From assembly GCA_010093605.1 (NCBI GenBank), contig MU004183.1, positions 1,984,001 to 2,048,000 on the forward strand: a DNA stretch of 64,000 bases. Reading direction: 5' to 3'. The stretch comes from Lophium mytilinum (taxonomy: Eukaryota). Made by a program: the position numbers and the translations under genes. The notes under the pieces were generated by a model. It searched no databases. It saw nothing but the letters and a program-made list of their open reading frames with translations, and was not told where the DNA came from. The first letter of the stretch is position 1. Every line of letters starts with the position of its first letter. Shown in pieces: positions 34,677-47,648 of this stretch.

Positions 34677-36488
34677 TCACAGTCCCCTCCCCCGAATAAG
34701 CCCTGGTCCAGATACACCCCCGCTCACGCTCCCCCTCCGCCCTGCGACATCCACGCTTCCGCTCCGTGAACTGTCTATGCTCTTCCGCATGCTGCTGCTC
34801 GAGCTGCGCCGTCGCGCTCTTCGCGTCTCATCTGGGTCGTGTGGTTTCAGCCCGCTGGCCTTGGCGAACAGGTTCAGGACATCTGTTAAGCTGACGACGC
34901 CGCAAAGGCGGCCAGACATACTGGCGCCTGTAATGGCGGAGGCGGAGATGGCGGGGGCAGGTTGGACGGGTGGGTGGGTTGGCGAAGGGAAGGCTTGGTT
35001 GCCGCTTGCGCTGGATGGGAGGGGCGTGATGGGGGATGGGGGTACGAGGACGGCGGGAGTAGCGGCTGGCGTTGGAGGGCCTGAGGAGGCTGGGGACGGT
35101 TGATCGACAATCCACATGCTGCGGAGGAAGACTGTTAGTAGCGTATCCGTGGTGTAGGGGTGGGGTTAGGGAGCATACCGATGTGAGCGCGTCGCAACGA
35201 GCTTAGCGACTGTGTGAGCTAGCGTCGCCATTGTGTTTATGTGGAAGACTGGGAACGAGTCTTTGCCGTCGTTCATGCCGCGCTCGGAGAGGATGACGGA
35301 GATGAAATGGATACAAGAGGAACTGAGGAGAGGAAGTGAGGTTGATTTCGTGAGAAGCTATAACATATTAGTGCTTTCATACTTCATGTAGGGGTAAGGA
35401 GCGGCTTACTCTGACGTCCACATGAGATATGTTGCCAATGACATTATTCTGGGCGTCTAAGACCGGAAGAGAGGTGATGCCCTCGTTGTTCATGAGTTCC
35501 AGGGCGTCTGTTAGAGGCTTGTCTCCGCTGTAATCATGTCAGTGATATAGCCAGTTCGCATATAGGAGGATCAACTTACTTGATCGCGAACACTGAGTGC
35601 GAGCCTAGGTTCAAGTCCTTGATGTACATCGGGTACAGCTGATCAATAGCTGGGAAGCTCTTCCTGTTTTCCCAGAAGAAATTGACCAATCTGAGCTGTG
35701 ACAAAATGCCAATGACTTCCGTAGTGCCCTCTTTCACGACCAGTATCCGATGGATCCCGCTGCCAAAGAGCTCCATTGATTTCTTAAGATCGGCGGTATG
35801 CGGAAGTACAATCAATGGCTCCTTCTTCCCCAGATCTTTGACCTCTCGTAGAGGTATGGGCTTCCCTTCTCTCGCTTTTGTTAAAACTTTGTCCACAGAC
35901 TCTGCATCTTCCTCGCTGGGTTTCGCGAGCCCGACGACGAGTAGAAGGTAGGCATTCAGATCATTGTAATCGAAAGTTCCGATGGCGGTGTGTGATTCGG
36001 GAGAGTCGCGGATGAGGACTACATTAGGGGGCCCAGCGTTGATAAGTGCCTAAGAATCCCATGAGCATATGGAGTATCAATAACTAATAGCCTGGATCGC
36101 GTACATTCGTCGTCTCTTCCACACTGGTGTCGTACTGCACGAAGTGCACCTGCTTGTGATCCACAACCTCGCCCACCTGGATAGACCTCCAGTCCCTCCC
36201 CACGAACTCTGGAGCTGCAGCCTTGGTGGGCGGGTTGTTCAAAAGGTCTTGCAGAGCATTCTGCGAGAAGGAAGGCTGCCGACGCGCTCGTGGTGAGCTG
36301 GGGTTGCCCCGCAAGTTCTCTGCGAAGCTCTGGCGATGGCCCATATGCGGGGACTGGGAGGTCCGCAAGCTCGTCGGCTTCTCGAGCGGCGGCGATCGTG
36401 GTCCATTGTTCGCGGTGGTCTGCAGGACTGGGTGGCTCTTCTCCTGCCTCTTCGACGGCGGCTCTTCTGGGGCTGGGTGGTCGGCCAT
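34677..36488 (-). CDS. SDS23: CBS-domain protein Sds23/Sds24 (several introns)
   Basis: [39 protein letters not shown]...[53 protein letters not shown] and [14 protein letters not shown]. Confidence 0.9.
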
Positions 36489-37035
36489 CACCACATGAGG
36501 GGTCGTGAGCTGGATCGGGTGTACGGAGGATGCGGAGTACTGTGCTGCTGTGGGCGAGGAAGGAAGCGGAGTAGAGAGGGTGAAGTCACGAAGCTATGCG
36601 GGGAGTCACACAATGTGGGGGATTTGGTAGTTGAGTCTGGATGTTGCGGGAAGAATGGCATGAGATTGCTCCGCCGCTCGCCAGAGGTGCAAGCCACCGC
36701 TTCGTGATCATCTTGCATTCTGCAGCCGCCGCTGATTGGACCGTTCACGGAGTACTCCCCGTCAAATTCCCTCCACAACTGTGGGGAAATGTGCACCACT
36801 GTTCGTGAAGGAGTCATGATATTCCTCATCGGGCTTCAACTGCCTTGTATCAAGACCCCAGCTCGAGATGAAGAGTGAACCAGTCGTGAAACATATCGCA
36901 TTGCCATCAGCATTAGACTACCTATTTGGTACATCATGAGGGAACGCTACATCAACCAAAAGAATACAATGAATGAATACGAACAACCCAGTATTAGCAT
37001 AAGAATATCAAATCGCCTAACCGTCTGCCCCATCC

Positions 37036-38649
37036 TCACACATCCAGCATACTCCTTATGACCTGTGGCTGTGCATTTTCTCCCAGCGTCCGGTCTGACG
37101 TCCTCGTCGTATTCGACACTCCGGTCATGGTGCTGGCGTTGTCACTCTCTGTTCGTGCTGCAGCGGGCCTGTTGCCGCTCGTTGAGTCCTGTGGACTATG
37201 GTCTGTGAAAGGATCGACTGCTGGCCTATCCCGGGACCGATTCCGTAGATTCATGTTGGTGAGCTCGACGTTGGCCGAGATGTTCCTTGCAGTGGGCCTG
37301 CCACCCCCAACTTCTGTCGTTAGAGCCTTCATCCGCTCCTCGTCGGTAAGATGGCTGTCTGCATGCGATTTGCTCCACCAATTTGGCTTCTTAACAAGGC
37401 CAAGTTCCTGATCGACGATGCGACCTCTGTCTCTTCGTTGTTGGAGGATGACTGTGTCTTCGTTCTCCTCCACTAACCCAGCAATTTCCATGATTACCAT
37501 GATCAGAAGGGTTGAGCCCCAGCCAAGTCCGAAAGGCCAGCCAACACTAACGTCGTACTTGAAGATACTAATATCCCACTCCCAAGCCATTGCTATCGCA
37601 TACGCCACGCGAATAGCTAGCACGACGATGCTGAGAAATAGCTTCGTCGGGCAGTCACGACAGAAGGAGTTGATCTTATCCCAAAAACCAGTGGCCCGAG
37701 GTTTGTAATGGCGAAGAGAGTGATTTAGGGAGAAGCAGATCACGAAGAACGCGAGCGCTGCTAGTATTCCACCGACTTTTTCGCGCACATCTGTTCCTGC
37801 CGGTTTGGCGATATTTTCTTGTTGATCCTTCGAATTCTGTCTCTCTAGCGGTGTCCATGACCGCGGGATGACCATGAAGAAGTTCTGCCTGAATTAGTTT
37901 TGCCCAACAATATTACCGTCAGTTAACTCACCAGCCAAGCAAACAGGTAGAAGACCAAAGGCATCCAGAACTCAGTTTTGCCACGCTTGTCATCCTGCGG
38001 TAGCGAGAATGGATCTCTGTCATAGATCTGCCTCTCTTGCCATGATCCCCTAAAATCATTAGCCGGAGCCCAATATCCTTGAGAGGCGTACCTACCAATG
38101 TCTCGTTGCCTCCCAGACCATAGCCAGCGTTCCCGGTAGTGCGAGGCAAAAGAAGAAGCTCTGTAGGACAATTGGAATGTTCTGCAGGTAATCTCGGTCG
38201 ACGTCCACCCCAGTTATGCAACTGATTATGCCACAAGCCGCCACGAAACACATCCAGTACCACTGCCATCGTCTGCCAATTGCCCTAAACCTCTTGTCTT
38301 CCCGGATGAACAGTCGCCCATGTTTGCGCAAGTTTATAAGTGAGAATACAATGGTGGCGGCGAATAGGGCTGCAAAACCGATGCTTGTGGCCCCTCGAGT
38401 CTTAATTCCGTAGTATGGGGTGTTGCATGCTGTTCCGTTGACCCAACTTCCGTTCGTGAACATATGAGGCTGGTATTTTTCGAAGATGAGGTAACATTTC
38501 GAGGCGTTGGAGATGGTGTTGTTGGAGTAGATGGTGTAGTTGTAGAGATTAAGCGCGGTGAGGTTGAAATGCACTCCGTTGATGACCGTGTCGCTCGAGT
38601 TGTCTCCAGAGGGAAACTGGAGCAGGTCCCGCATGTCGATGAGGCCCAT
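37036..38649 (-). CDS. Multi-pass membrane protein, DUF2434-like fungal family (2 introns)
   Basis: DTVINGVHFNLTAL..YNYTIYSNNTISNASKC, NLRKHGRLF...GRRWQWYW, DVDRDYLQ, WEATRHWGSWQERQ and EFWMPLVFYLFAWL, with several TM segments. Confidence 0.8.
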
Positions 38650-39058
38650 GGTTGCGGTGTCCGCCCTGCGAATGGTCGTGGGATGGATTATGTTGTGCTC
38701 CTATGGTATTTGAAGCTCTCAAGCTACTGGCTCATTGTTCCTTCAAAGTTCCAGCTAGTGTCCTAATGTCAAGCAACGCGCGCGGGAGTCGTGTTCAGAG
38801 GTGGGACGATTAAATAGGTTCCGCGACAAGCCGAACAAACAAAACGCCAGGAATCGAGGTCCAGCGGAGCAATGGGGAAGACTTCTGGGAAGGAGAGATG
38901 AGGATATGAGATAACAGGGCAGAAACTGAAACTGCTGGCCGCCGGAAGCTCAGGACATCGTGTTACTGGGCACCCCAATCCATAAGCTGCCCGCCTTTCT
39001 TTACTCACGTGCTCATGCACCGTTGCGGGCCCTTTTGAGGCCTGGCTAAACGGCACAA

Positions 39059-40144
39059 ATGTTCCCAGTTAAACTGGCTAGGGGCTTTACTATACTTTCA
39101 TCAACTTCCTCCATCATCTTCGTCCCGGCGCTCGGAATGTCTGGTAAGGTCTGCCGACTTCGCCTCCGCGCAGGTGAACCCGTCGGCCTGTCAATATATC
39201 CCGCAGAAACCTTGATGTCTCTCCCCTGCGAAGTCCGAGAAATGATCTACGAGCTTCTTCTCGTAGACTCCGTTCCCATCACAGTCTACTCCCACAGGCT
39301 CACATCGCCATATACACCAAATAATGATCAACGAGCACCGCTTCATTCTGCGTCTTCAAGATTTGCCCATCTTACCCTCGGCCTCTTGCGCGTCAATAGG
39401 ACCATAGCCATGGAATCTGCATCCCTTTTTTATTCCCACAATACCTTCAAGTTTGGCGACCGGCACCAATCTACGCTGTATCACGCTGATGGTCCTCCCG
39501 AACAAAATGATTACTGGGACGCCATATACTCCTTCCTTTACTGCATCGGCCCCGAATACCGCGCGCGTATCCGCTACATTGAGGCTGATATCTCGCGTCC
39601 CATTCCCGTTACCAAGGACACCGATGGCACCGTATCCTCGCTTGTCGATGACTCCTGGATGCGTAAAGTGCATTCCAGAGACCAGCACGCGTATATCCAT
39701 GGGCCCGTACATGACATGATATCGCGGTACGGCGAGATGACGTTTGATCATGTGTCTCCGGCCATCGTCGCCGTGTTCCGGAGTCTAGGGCATTATGGAC
39801 TAAAGCTTCAATTGGCTTTGATGATGGAATATAACGTGTGGCCTCACTTGTACCACGAAGAGTACATAAGCGGGTGGAGCAACGAAGTGCCCGACCACGT
39901 TGAGGCGATGCGGAAACGGTTCACCCGGCTACCGAATGGAGAGGGTGAGAGGGTGGAAGTGCTTTGGAAGGGAAGAGCACACAAAAGTTGGTTCATGGGG
40001 AGTAGTGCGACGCTAGTGAAGGACGGCTGGGAATTAGTAGATGTGCAGGAGGACTCTATATCATCAAAAGAGTTCACAAGGCAATTCAATCTCGAAGAAT
40101 CCGTGGGCTTCACGCTGAAAAGAACAGGAGCTTCTAGCCAGTAG
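39059..40144 (+). CDS. Hypothetical protein with F-box-like motif
   Basis: 361-aa ORF. LMSLPCEVREMIYELLL...LLRVNRTIAMESASLFYSHNTFKF matches a common fungal F-box-like pattern. The start could be 39137. Confidence 0.65.
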   Translation: MFPVKLARGFTILSSTSSIIFVPALGMSGKVCRLRLRAGEPVGLSIYPAETLMSLPCEVREMIYELLLVDSVPITVYSHRLTSPYTPNNDQRAPLHSASSRFAHLTLGLLRVNRTIAMESASLFYSHNTFKFGDRHQSTLYHADGPPEQNDYWDAIYSFLYCIGPEYRARIRYIEADISRPIPVTKDTDGTVSSLVDDSWMRKVHSRDQHAYIHGPVHDMISRYGEMTFDHVSPAIVAVFRSLGHYGLKLQLALMMEYNVWPHLYHEEYISGWSNEVPDHVEAMRKRFTRLPNGEGERVEVLWKGRAHKSWFMGSSATLVKDGWELVDVQEDSISSKEFTRQFNLEESVGFTLKRTGASSQ

Positions 40145-41242
40145 TAAAGGGGATATTACTGTAGCTGGGGCGTGATAAGGCCTAATTAGAACCGAGATGA
40201 CACCAGGTTTTCTGTTAGGAAGGATAGATGCCGGCAAGCTCCCGACAAAGATTGAAATACTATTCTACCTTAGCCCGGCATCAGGAATTTACAAGCGGTT
40301 GGTTGGTCTGCAATGCAATTAGGCGATCGTAAGTCGTTGAGCTGTATCTTCAGTTTGTCCGTGCATCAAACAAAATGAAGTACCTAGCAGCTTTCGAACC
40401 ACACGCCGAACCATCACCACTTCCTTGTCCCCTTAGACCTCCTATAGTATATTAAACAGTCCTAAGAAGAGATGTCTTTGCTGACAACGAGTCAGTGCCG
40501 TTTGAAGTACCTAGCAAGTATCTGTTGGACCATAACAATCACTTAGAGCAAAATCTGCCGGTAGCAAACAGGGCGCTCAAGTACATAATCGTCGTGCTCT
40601 GCTATAGCTCAGATGCTACGGCCTACGAATTCTCGTGTACCTAGCAGCTGGCAGCAGGTCAGTCGAATGGTAGGCTGCTTTCCCCTGCTTCAGATTTTAC
40701 ATCGTCTTCGAAGTTCTAAAAGCCCATTAGCGTACCCCTGCCATTGACGCCCTGATGTCTCTGGGCTTGTGGTACAGTATTTTGAAGTGCGTCTTAGCCA
40801 CTGTGACCTCCAAGTGAGATCAGGAGACCTACAGAATCTTTCTCACATCGTTCAAAGGCATGCCTCGAGGGGTCTGATTTTGGGCTAGGGGTGGGCCTAC
40901 TTTGCCCCCTTTTGCCAACGCTTGAGGTACCCTAGGGTAGGTGTCTGCCCTTCACGGCAGACTTACACCTCCGATGCTACCGATGCCCTCGCGGCTACGT
41001 CAGTGCGGCTTCACATGCCTCGACGTATACAAACACGTGGACTGTCACCAGGCTGGCGTCACGCAGGCCTTCACTGACCGCCATTTCCCATTCTTACTAT
41101 ATATCCATCGATTCTGAGCACCATAACTCAAACAAACCTTCGACACCAACAATAACCACAACTCACCAAGTCTAACAACACCAAGAAATCAACCACTGCC
41201 ACTCCCAAGAGCCTCACCAACCCAAGCTCCAGAATCATAATC

Positions 41243-42037
41243 ATGACTCCATTCCCCCCAACCGTTCTTCTCCTCCTTGTAGAGGCCAAAGACTGCGAAC
41301 TGCTAGAGCAGCGTATCCTAGGTACATATATTTCCCTTGTACAACTCTCCAAATCCCCATGCTAATGTCGTCTCACAGAGAAAGCAACACAACTCTACGG
41401 CCCCCTCGCTGCCGGCCACACCTATTCCGTGATAACTAGCTCTGAGTCGATCGATCATGCCAATCATACCATCGCGCGCCTCGTCCACCTGTGCACCACT
41501 CCGTCCCCAACTGGCGCGGAAATGTACGCGTTCAAGGTGCTTGCATGGGCGCGAGGAACATCCATGCTCGAGGAGTGGTTGAGGCGTTCGGAGGCGATGG
41601 AGTTGCTACTGGAGGTCTTGGAGGGAAGAGCTGGGGGGGATTTCTTTGGCCGTCGGGTACCGGCTGGTCCAATGGAGACGGAGACAGGCGAGGTAATGCC
41701 TTCGTCTATGGAGAAGGCGTTTCGGGAAATGAAGAAATCAACGAAGGAATTGCGGGAGGCGATTGAGAGTTCGCAGGAGACTACTGAGAGGATCTTGGAG
41801 GCGTTTGAGATGTTGACGGTGCGTGAGATGAAGAGGAATGCGATGGAGAAGGCGAAGGGTAACGGTGACGAGGGAAAGGCAGCAGCTGATACTAAGGGAA
41901 AGGGGAAGGCGAAGACTGAGACGGAGGGTAAGGTGATGGATCAGGGCGAGCAGGGAAAGGCAACAGCTGGTATTGAGGAGAAAGGAGAGGCTAAAACTGA
42001 GAAGACGGAACAGCCGAAGCCTGAAGACTCTCAGTAG
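41243..42037 (+). CDS. Hypothetical protein with Lys/Glu/Gly-rich C-terminal repeats (intron 41322-41378)
   Basis: An ATG at 41243 and a GTACAT...GCTAAT...CAG intron join in frame to ORF 41429-42037. A coiled-coil-like segment and KGK[GA]KA repeats follow. Confidence 0.6.
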
Positions 42038-42208
42038 CCTACAGAGGCGACGAGGGAGGCTTTGAGATGGGCAGGTTCCCGATTCTTCGAGTGTTGTCGA
42101 GGTAGCTTTCATGGTAGTAGGTAGCTTCCGGTGAAATAACACTATATATTATTGATTACGGTATGGACACAAATCATCATAATCTCTCGAACAGCCATTC
42201 CCTTCTTC

Positions 42209-43848
42209 TCACACAGTTAACGCAAAAACGCCACTTAAATCGTCCCAGACCTGTGTCGTTGCCCACTGTCCATCGTTCCAAGTGTGATGATACATGGCGT
42301 TGTCCGTGCCAATCCCAAATACGTCCAAGCCTTTCGACTCCAGCGAGACTGCCGCAGGGACCCCATTTAGAATCCCTCCCAGATGATCCCAATCGCTCCA
42401 GTCTGATGCCACTAGCGTTTTGTGGTAGATGCTGTCGTCTGTCTGGTTGAGTGCTAGTAATTCTATTCGGTTCAAGTCCGATACCACTGCGAATGGCTCG
42501 CTTTCCCACTTCAAGTCACCCCCCGGCGACTCCCAGTTTGACCAAGAATTGCCTGTCCATGCCTTGTGCCAAACCACATAATCAGTTCCCAGGACAAAGA
42601 TATCCAGCCTGTCTTTCCCCCAAGACACGATCGTCGGTGTGCCACGGAACGGTCCCCCCAGTGGCTGCCAATCCGACCAGCTTTCCTGCCACGAACTGTG
42701 ATACAACTGATTGTCAGCCCCCAGTGCCACGACATCCAACCGGCGAGGCATCCACGCGGTAACCGCAGGCGGAGTAGAAAACTTGCCCCCTAAAGAATAC
42801 CAATCTTCGACATCCCACCCGGTCGGATTGTTGCCGCCCCATGCTTTGCGCCACATAGCCACGTCGGTCCCGATAACGAAGACGTCGAGCCTGTTCGGGC
42901 CCCACGAGACTATAGCTGGTGGGCTTGCAAAGCTTCCGCCAAGGGATACCCAATCGCTGCTCCAGCCGCCATTAGACCTGTTATAGTGTTTCTCGTACAT
43001 CTCCCCGGTCGTCCCTACGCCCAGTACGTCTATCAGGCCCAGCCCCTTTGACACGGCCACGGGTGGGAATAAGAAGACGCCGCCAAGTGAGAACCACGAG
43101 TCGTCGGAAAAGGTCTCGTTGACGCTTTTGAAGAAAAGCCCGTTATTCTCGCCAATTCCGAAGACAATACCCATTCCTGGCTCCCAGGACGTGGTTGAGA
43201 GTGTTCGCTTACAGAGAGTGCCGTGGCACACGCTCTGAGAAGAGGCGGTAGGACTGGCTGCAACAGGAGCATTTGTAATGGTTGCGCTTCCTGTGGTGGG
43301 GATCGCAGTGGCTGTAGAGAATGAGGAGAATTCTGCCACAGAGACAGAGGGCGGTGTTTCTGTAGACGCAGAAGATGTCGCCGTTGAGGTATGAGATGCT
43401 TCGATTGCAGACGGAACCCTGCTCGTACGTTAGTCTAGTCGGAGTCACGAAGTTGGCGAATTTACGTATTCTTATCCTTGTCCTTCTTCGACAGAACGCC
43501 GCCAGCAGTTCCACCTACTATAGCCGCAATGACAAGGAATGCAATCACTCCTATAATCCACCATTTTCGGGTTGACTTGTTCTCTACATTCCCAACATTC
43601 GGCGCGACGTTTAGATATTGAGCGCCGCTCTTTTCCGGTTGCGGCGCGCCTGGGTATGGTGGAGCTAAGTACTGTGGTTGCGCGTATTGCGGCTGTGGAG
43701 GCGATTCGAGCCCGTACTGTGAATACTGCTGTCCTTGAGGAGGCTGGCCAAATTGTGCGTATTGCTGCTGATGATAGCCTTGTGGTAGCATCTCCTGACC
43801 CTGGTATGGAGCTACCTCAGGGTCCTCGTGTGAACGGCGGCCCGCCAT
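42209..43848 (-). CDS. Single-pass (type II) membrane protein with Trp-rich beta-propeller of the fucose-binding lectin/PLL-like class (intron 43465-43419)
   Basis: Gln/Pro/Tyr-rich N-terminus, TM helix WWIIGVIAFLVIAAIVGGTAGGVL and an S/T stalk. About 7 repeats of W..LGG....P...SWG..RLDVF..GTD..(M/L)(W/Y)H..W follow. Confidence 0.85.
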
Positions 43849-44849
43849 GTCTAGGTGGAACGAAACAGCTGAAGATGTCGAGTTGTGAAGCTGTGGTACA
43901 GTATGAATTAAGTATTTTCTAGAAGGAAATCGATTGCGGGGAGGCTGGAAAACGCTGTGGCGGCCGCCTCGACAACACTCAGGCCGTCCATATGGCTTCT
44001 AAACAAGATGGCGCTACTGCAGTGGACGAGAGCCTGGCCCCATGTTCGGCTAGATCTTTGCGATTACACTGCATATGGCTTTTGCCTCTAGTATTGCGGG
44101 GATTGTAGGCTAAAAGCTAAGGATCTGTGTATATGTTTCACCAAAAAGAGCCTCACAGGCCCAAAATACGTGTAAAACCCTAAAGAAAAGGAAGAAAATG
44201 AAACAGAGACATTTAGAAGATCTGAATGGCCGTCATTTCAAGTCTTGCTGTTTTGACGATTCAGCCTTGCGGATGGCGTATTCTAGCCCTCCAAAATGAG
44301 GCCAATGTGAACTATAAGGGTTGGGGGCTGATATGCAAGGCTGTCAAATCACAACGATGACAGGACGCCCAACGCAAGTGCCAAGCATTTCGATACGACA
44401 TTGCGATCCTCCCTGTGATAAGCAAAACAGAGAGATCGGTGGATTGGATGGGAAACGAAACGTGTAGCGAGAGAATAACAATTCGATAAACCTGACTGAT
44501 GCGCTAGAACTATGTTAACGCTATCCGATCGTAAGAAACGGTCTGACACTTAAGTTCTGGAACTTTAGCCTAACTTGACTTGATAACTCAACTGCTTTTT
44601 GACGTTTCTCACTGTATTATGCTGAATGTTGTCGATGCGGCTCTGAGACGACGTCGGCCGTTCACGTGATAGCTTAATCCCAATGCGGTTAGATCATCAT
44701 CCTTCACCAAAGCCGAGGCTTGCGGTCCAGCTCTCCCATCATCGCGTTTTCCCAGCCACTCGAGTTACCACGAACATCAACACGTCTATACTAGGGCCCT
44801 GAAAGTACAGACTCCGTATGTACGCGATTCTGCGACTCTGTTAGTCAAC

Positions 44850-46115
44850 ATGGTCCGCGAGGACCTCATTTCGTCAGCAGTGAGTCCCCATCTTCCCCGC
44901 GAGCAACATAGGAAGAGCTAACCGTAATCCAGATCACCTGTAAGTATCGCATACCTATAAGCCACAACAGCAGCACTCCTAAGACGCTGCTCCAGTCCTT
45001 CAAGACCCTTCCGTTGCCAATGCGCCGCTCGAGAAGCGCATAGCGTTCCTACAGTCGAAGAACCTCACCCAGGAAGAGATAGATGCCTCGCTAGCACGTG
45101 CCGCTGAAGATCCCAACTACGGCGCCGCACCTTCACCGTCCTCTTCTGCGCCGCCAAACTATGGGTATAGACAGCCTCCGCAGCAGCCCGCGGGGTATGG
45201 ATATCAGGGCGGATTCTGGCCACAAGCGGCGCCACCAGAGTAGGATAGACCCGTCACCGAGCTTCATCGATACATGGAGATTTACAAGTACTGAACAAGC
45301 CACTGACTGCGTACAACAGACCGCCGAAGCGTGACTGGCGCGACTACTTCATTATGGCGACCGTCATGGGTGGCGTAGGATACGGTCTTTACTTCACAGC
45401 GAAACGTTATATTCTACCCATCATCAAGCCTCCCACACCTCCTCAACTCGCGCAGGACAAGGCCTCGATAGACGAGTCCTTCAACCGCGCCTTCGCCCTC
45501 CTCGACCAACTGAACACCGACACCACCGCGTTGAAAGCATCCGAGGAGGCGCGTTCAAAGCGGCTGGATAGCGCGCTAGAAGAGATGGAACAGGTACTAG
45601 GGGGCCTGAAGGAGGCTAGCAAGAGGCAAGGAGACGACAACCGGCGGATTGAAGATGATGTCAGGGGCCTGCGGGACCTCATCCCGAAGGCGCTCGATGC
45701 ACACCGCGAGACTAGCGATGGTAGGCTCAAGGACTTGGGAACCGAGTTGAAGAGCCTCAAGACCCTTGTTGGGAACCGCATGGGTGCTGGTGCTGCCAGG
45801 CCACCTAGCGTGTCCGGCGGTAATGTACTGGGTAGCTCGGTTACATCTCCGCCAGCTGTGAATGGTACTTCGACACCAGCGCCTGTTCCTACACCAGCTG
45901 TGCCGGATGCTCAGACAAGTAGTCCCGCTACCGTATCTACGCCCGCCACTGCTCCAGCGCCTACACCCGAGCGATCGGGGTCGCCTTATGGCAGATTAGC
46001 GAATGGAAGGGCGGCCATCCCGGCGTGGCAGATGGCGGCGGCGAAGAAGACGCAGGAGGAGAAAAAGGATACAAGTGAGAGCGGGACAGTGACTGAGGCT
46101 GCTTCGAGCTCATAG
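44850..46115 (+). CDS. PEX14: Peroxisomal docking peroxin Pex14 (3 introns including a 7-nt microexon)
   Basis: MVREDLISSA|IT|FLQDPSVANAPLEKRIAFLQSKNLTQEEID, RDWRDYFIMATVMGGVGYGLY, a coiled coil and AAIPAWQMAA. Confidence 0.95.
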
Positions 46116-46782
46116 CTTGTCTGTCGTTAGAAGTTTAAAACCGTAATGTTTGAGCGTATGGATTGAATGGCAAGCTTTCTGATCTGTATTATTGGACACA
46201 GCGATTTCACATATATGGCGGAATTCAAGAGCTTCTATTTTTCATGGGATATTATTGCAAAAGAGGAGTGTTTGAATTGTAAAGGATGATTTAGGACTTC
46301 AAGAGCAAAATATTCTGAATGCTCCAGGAGGACTGTGACTAGTCATACGATTAGCCAGAGGCGCATACTCTAGGCTCTAATCTGGTTCTTATCGCACTCT
46401 TGTGAGTTTGTTTTCATACGCAGGCAAAAGAGATATATAGTGGACCAAATTTAGAAGGTGTAGTAAAGTGATGTCTAATTCGCAGGGCTGATCTACCTGG
46501 GTATAATCTCAAAGAATCTAGAAGGTCCGGGAGTCCTCCAAGAAGTCATTAGGAACCGCAATGTCTCTATTTGACGCCTCCAATCTAGGCCCTTGGGCAA
46601 ACTCCTCTAGCTCCACGCTCAAAATGAAGGCCCAAGAAATCAGAAGCAAAAATACACCGCAAATCAGCCAGCGCTCTAGCCTCTATTCCCCGAGTCCCCT
46701 CGGAGGGCAGCTGGGGCTCCCTACATCATGATCAGTAGGTCAAAGGACGGAGGAACTGAGCTGATATACCTTTATCTGCTTC

Positions 46783-47648
46783 TTACTGCGCAACGCCCTG
46801 GCCTCCGCGTCCCCCTCGACCTCCACGATCAGCACCTCCACCCAGGCCTCCACGCCCTCCTCGTCCTCCACGACCAGCCCCTCCGCGTCCCCCTGCGCGC
46901 CCACCCCGAAGGCCTCCACCCCTACCACCGCGGGTACGGAGAGCATGCTCCGCGTTGAGATCCGCCTGGGAGATGTGGGCTTCTTCATTATATATTTGGG
47001 GCCAGTCTGTGTAGTATTAGTAACATGTCCGCCAAAAGGGGAGGAAGTGTACTTACTAACCACGAACTCTCCATCCGCGCCCTGCATGGCCGGAGTGTCT
47101 TCGAAAAGAGTTTCATCGTTGCCGAAAGCATCCGCCAGAGTTGGGTTCATTGGGAGATTGTTCTCCACAGCGGCTATGTCCGAGGCTACAGCCGAGCCCT
47201 GCGAGGGGGGTGCGTGACGACGAGGCTGGGTGGAGAGCGTGGAGTCGCTGTAGGTCAAACTTGGCGTCGGAGCAGTAGAAGGGTTGGAAGTGGGCCGGTT
47301 GAGCAGCTCGGCTTGGTCGGAAGTTGTGTCTGTCTCCTCGAAAGCGTTGGCTGGAGGGGGGGCATTGACGGGACCGGCGTTGTTAGGACCGTTTTGTCCG
47401 TTGAACGGTGGAGTGTCTTGCGCGTTGCGTACCAGACGGAACGTGAGGCTGTTTGGGCGAAACGTCACGGGCTCCACTGGGCGTCCCTGGGAATCATAGA
47501 GATAATGGGCCAGAAAGAAGTAGCGCACGGCGTCTCGAACAGGCACCGGACCGTCAACGTTGCTGACCCAGAGGTGGGTGACAGTTTGGCGCGGGCCGGC
47601 AGCGCTCTGTTCTATTGTTCCGCTCATCTTTCTACTGCGAGCAGCCAT
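46783..47648 (-). CDS. Orphan low-complexity protein with RGG-box C-terminus after a 50-nt intron (47056-47007)
   Basis: A GTAAGT...TACTAAT...CAG intron shifts the frame to ...RTRGGRGGGLRGGRAGGRGGAGRGGRGGRGG...GVAQ*. Confidence 0.6.
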
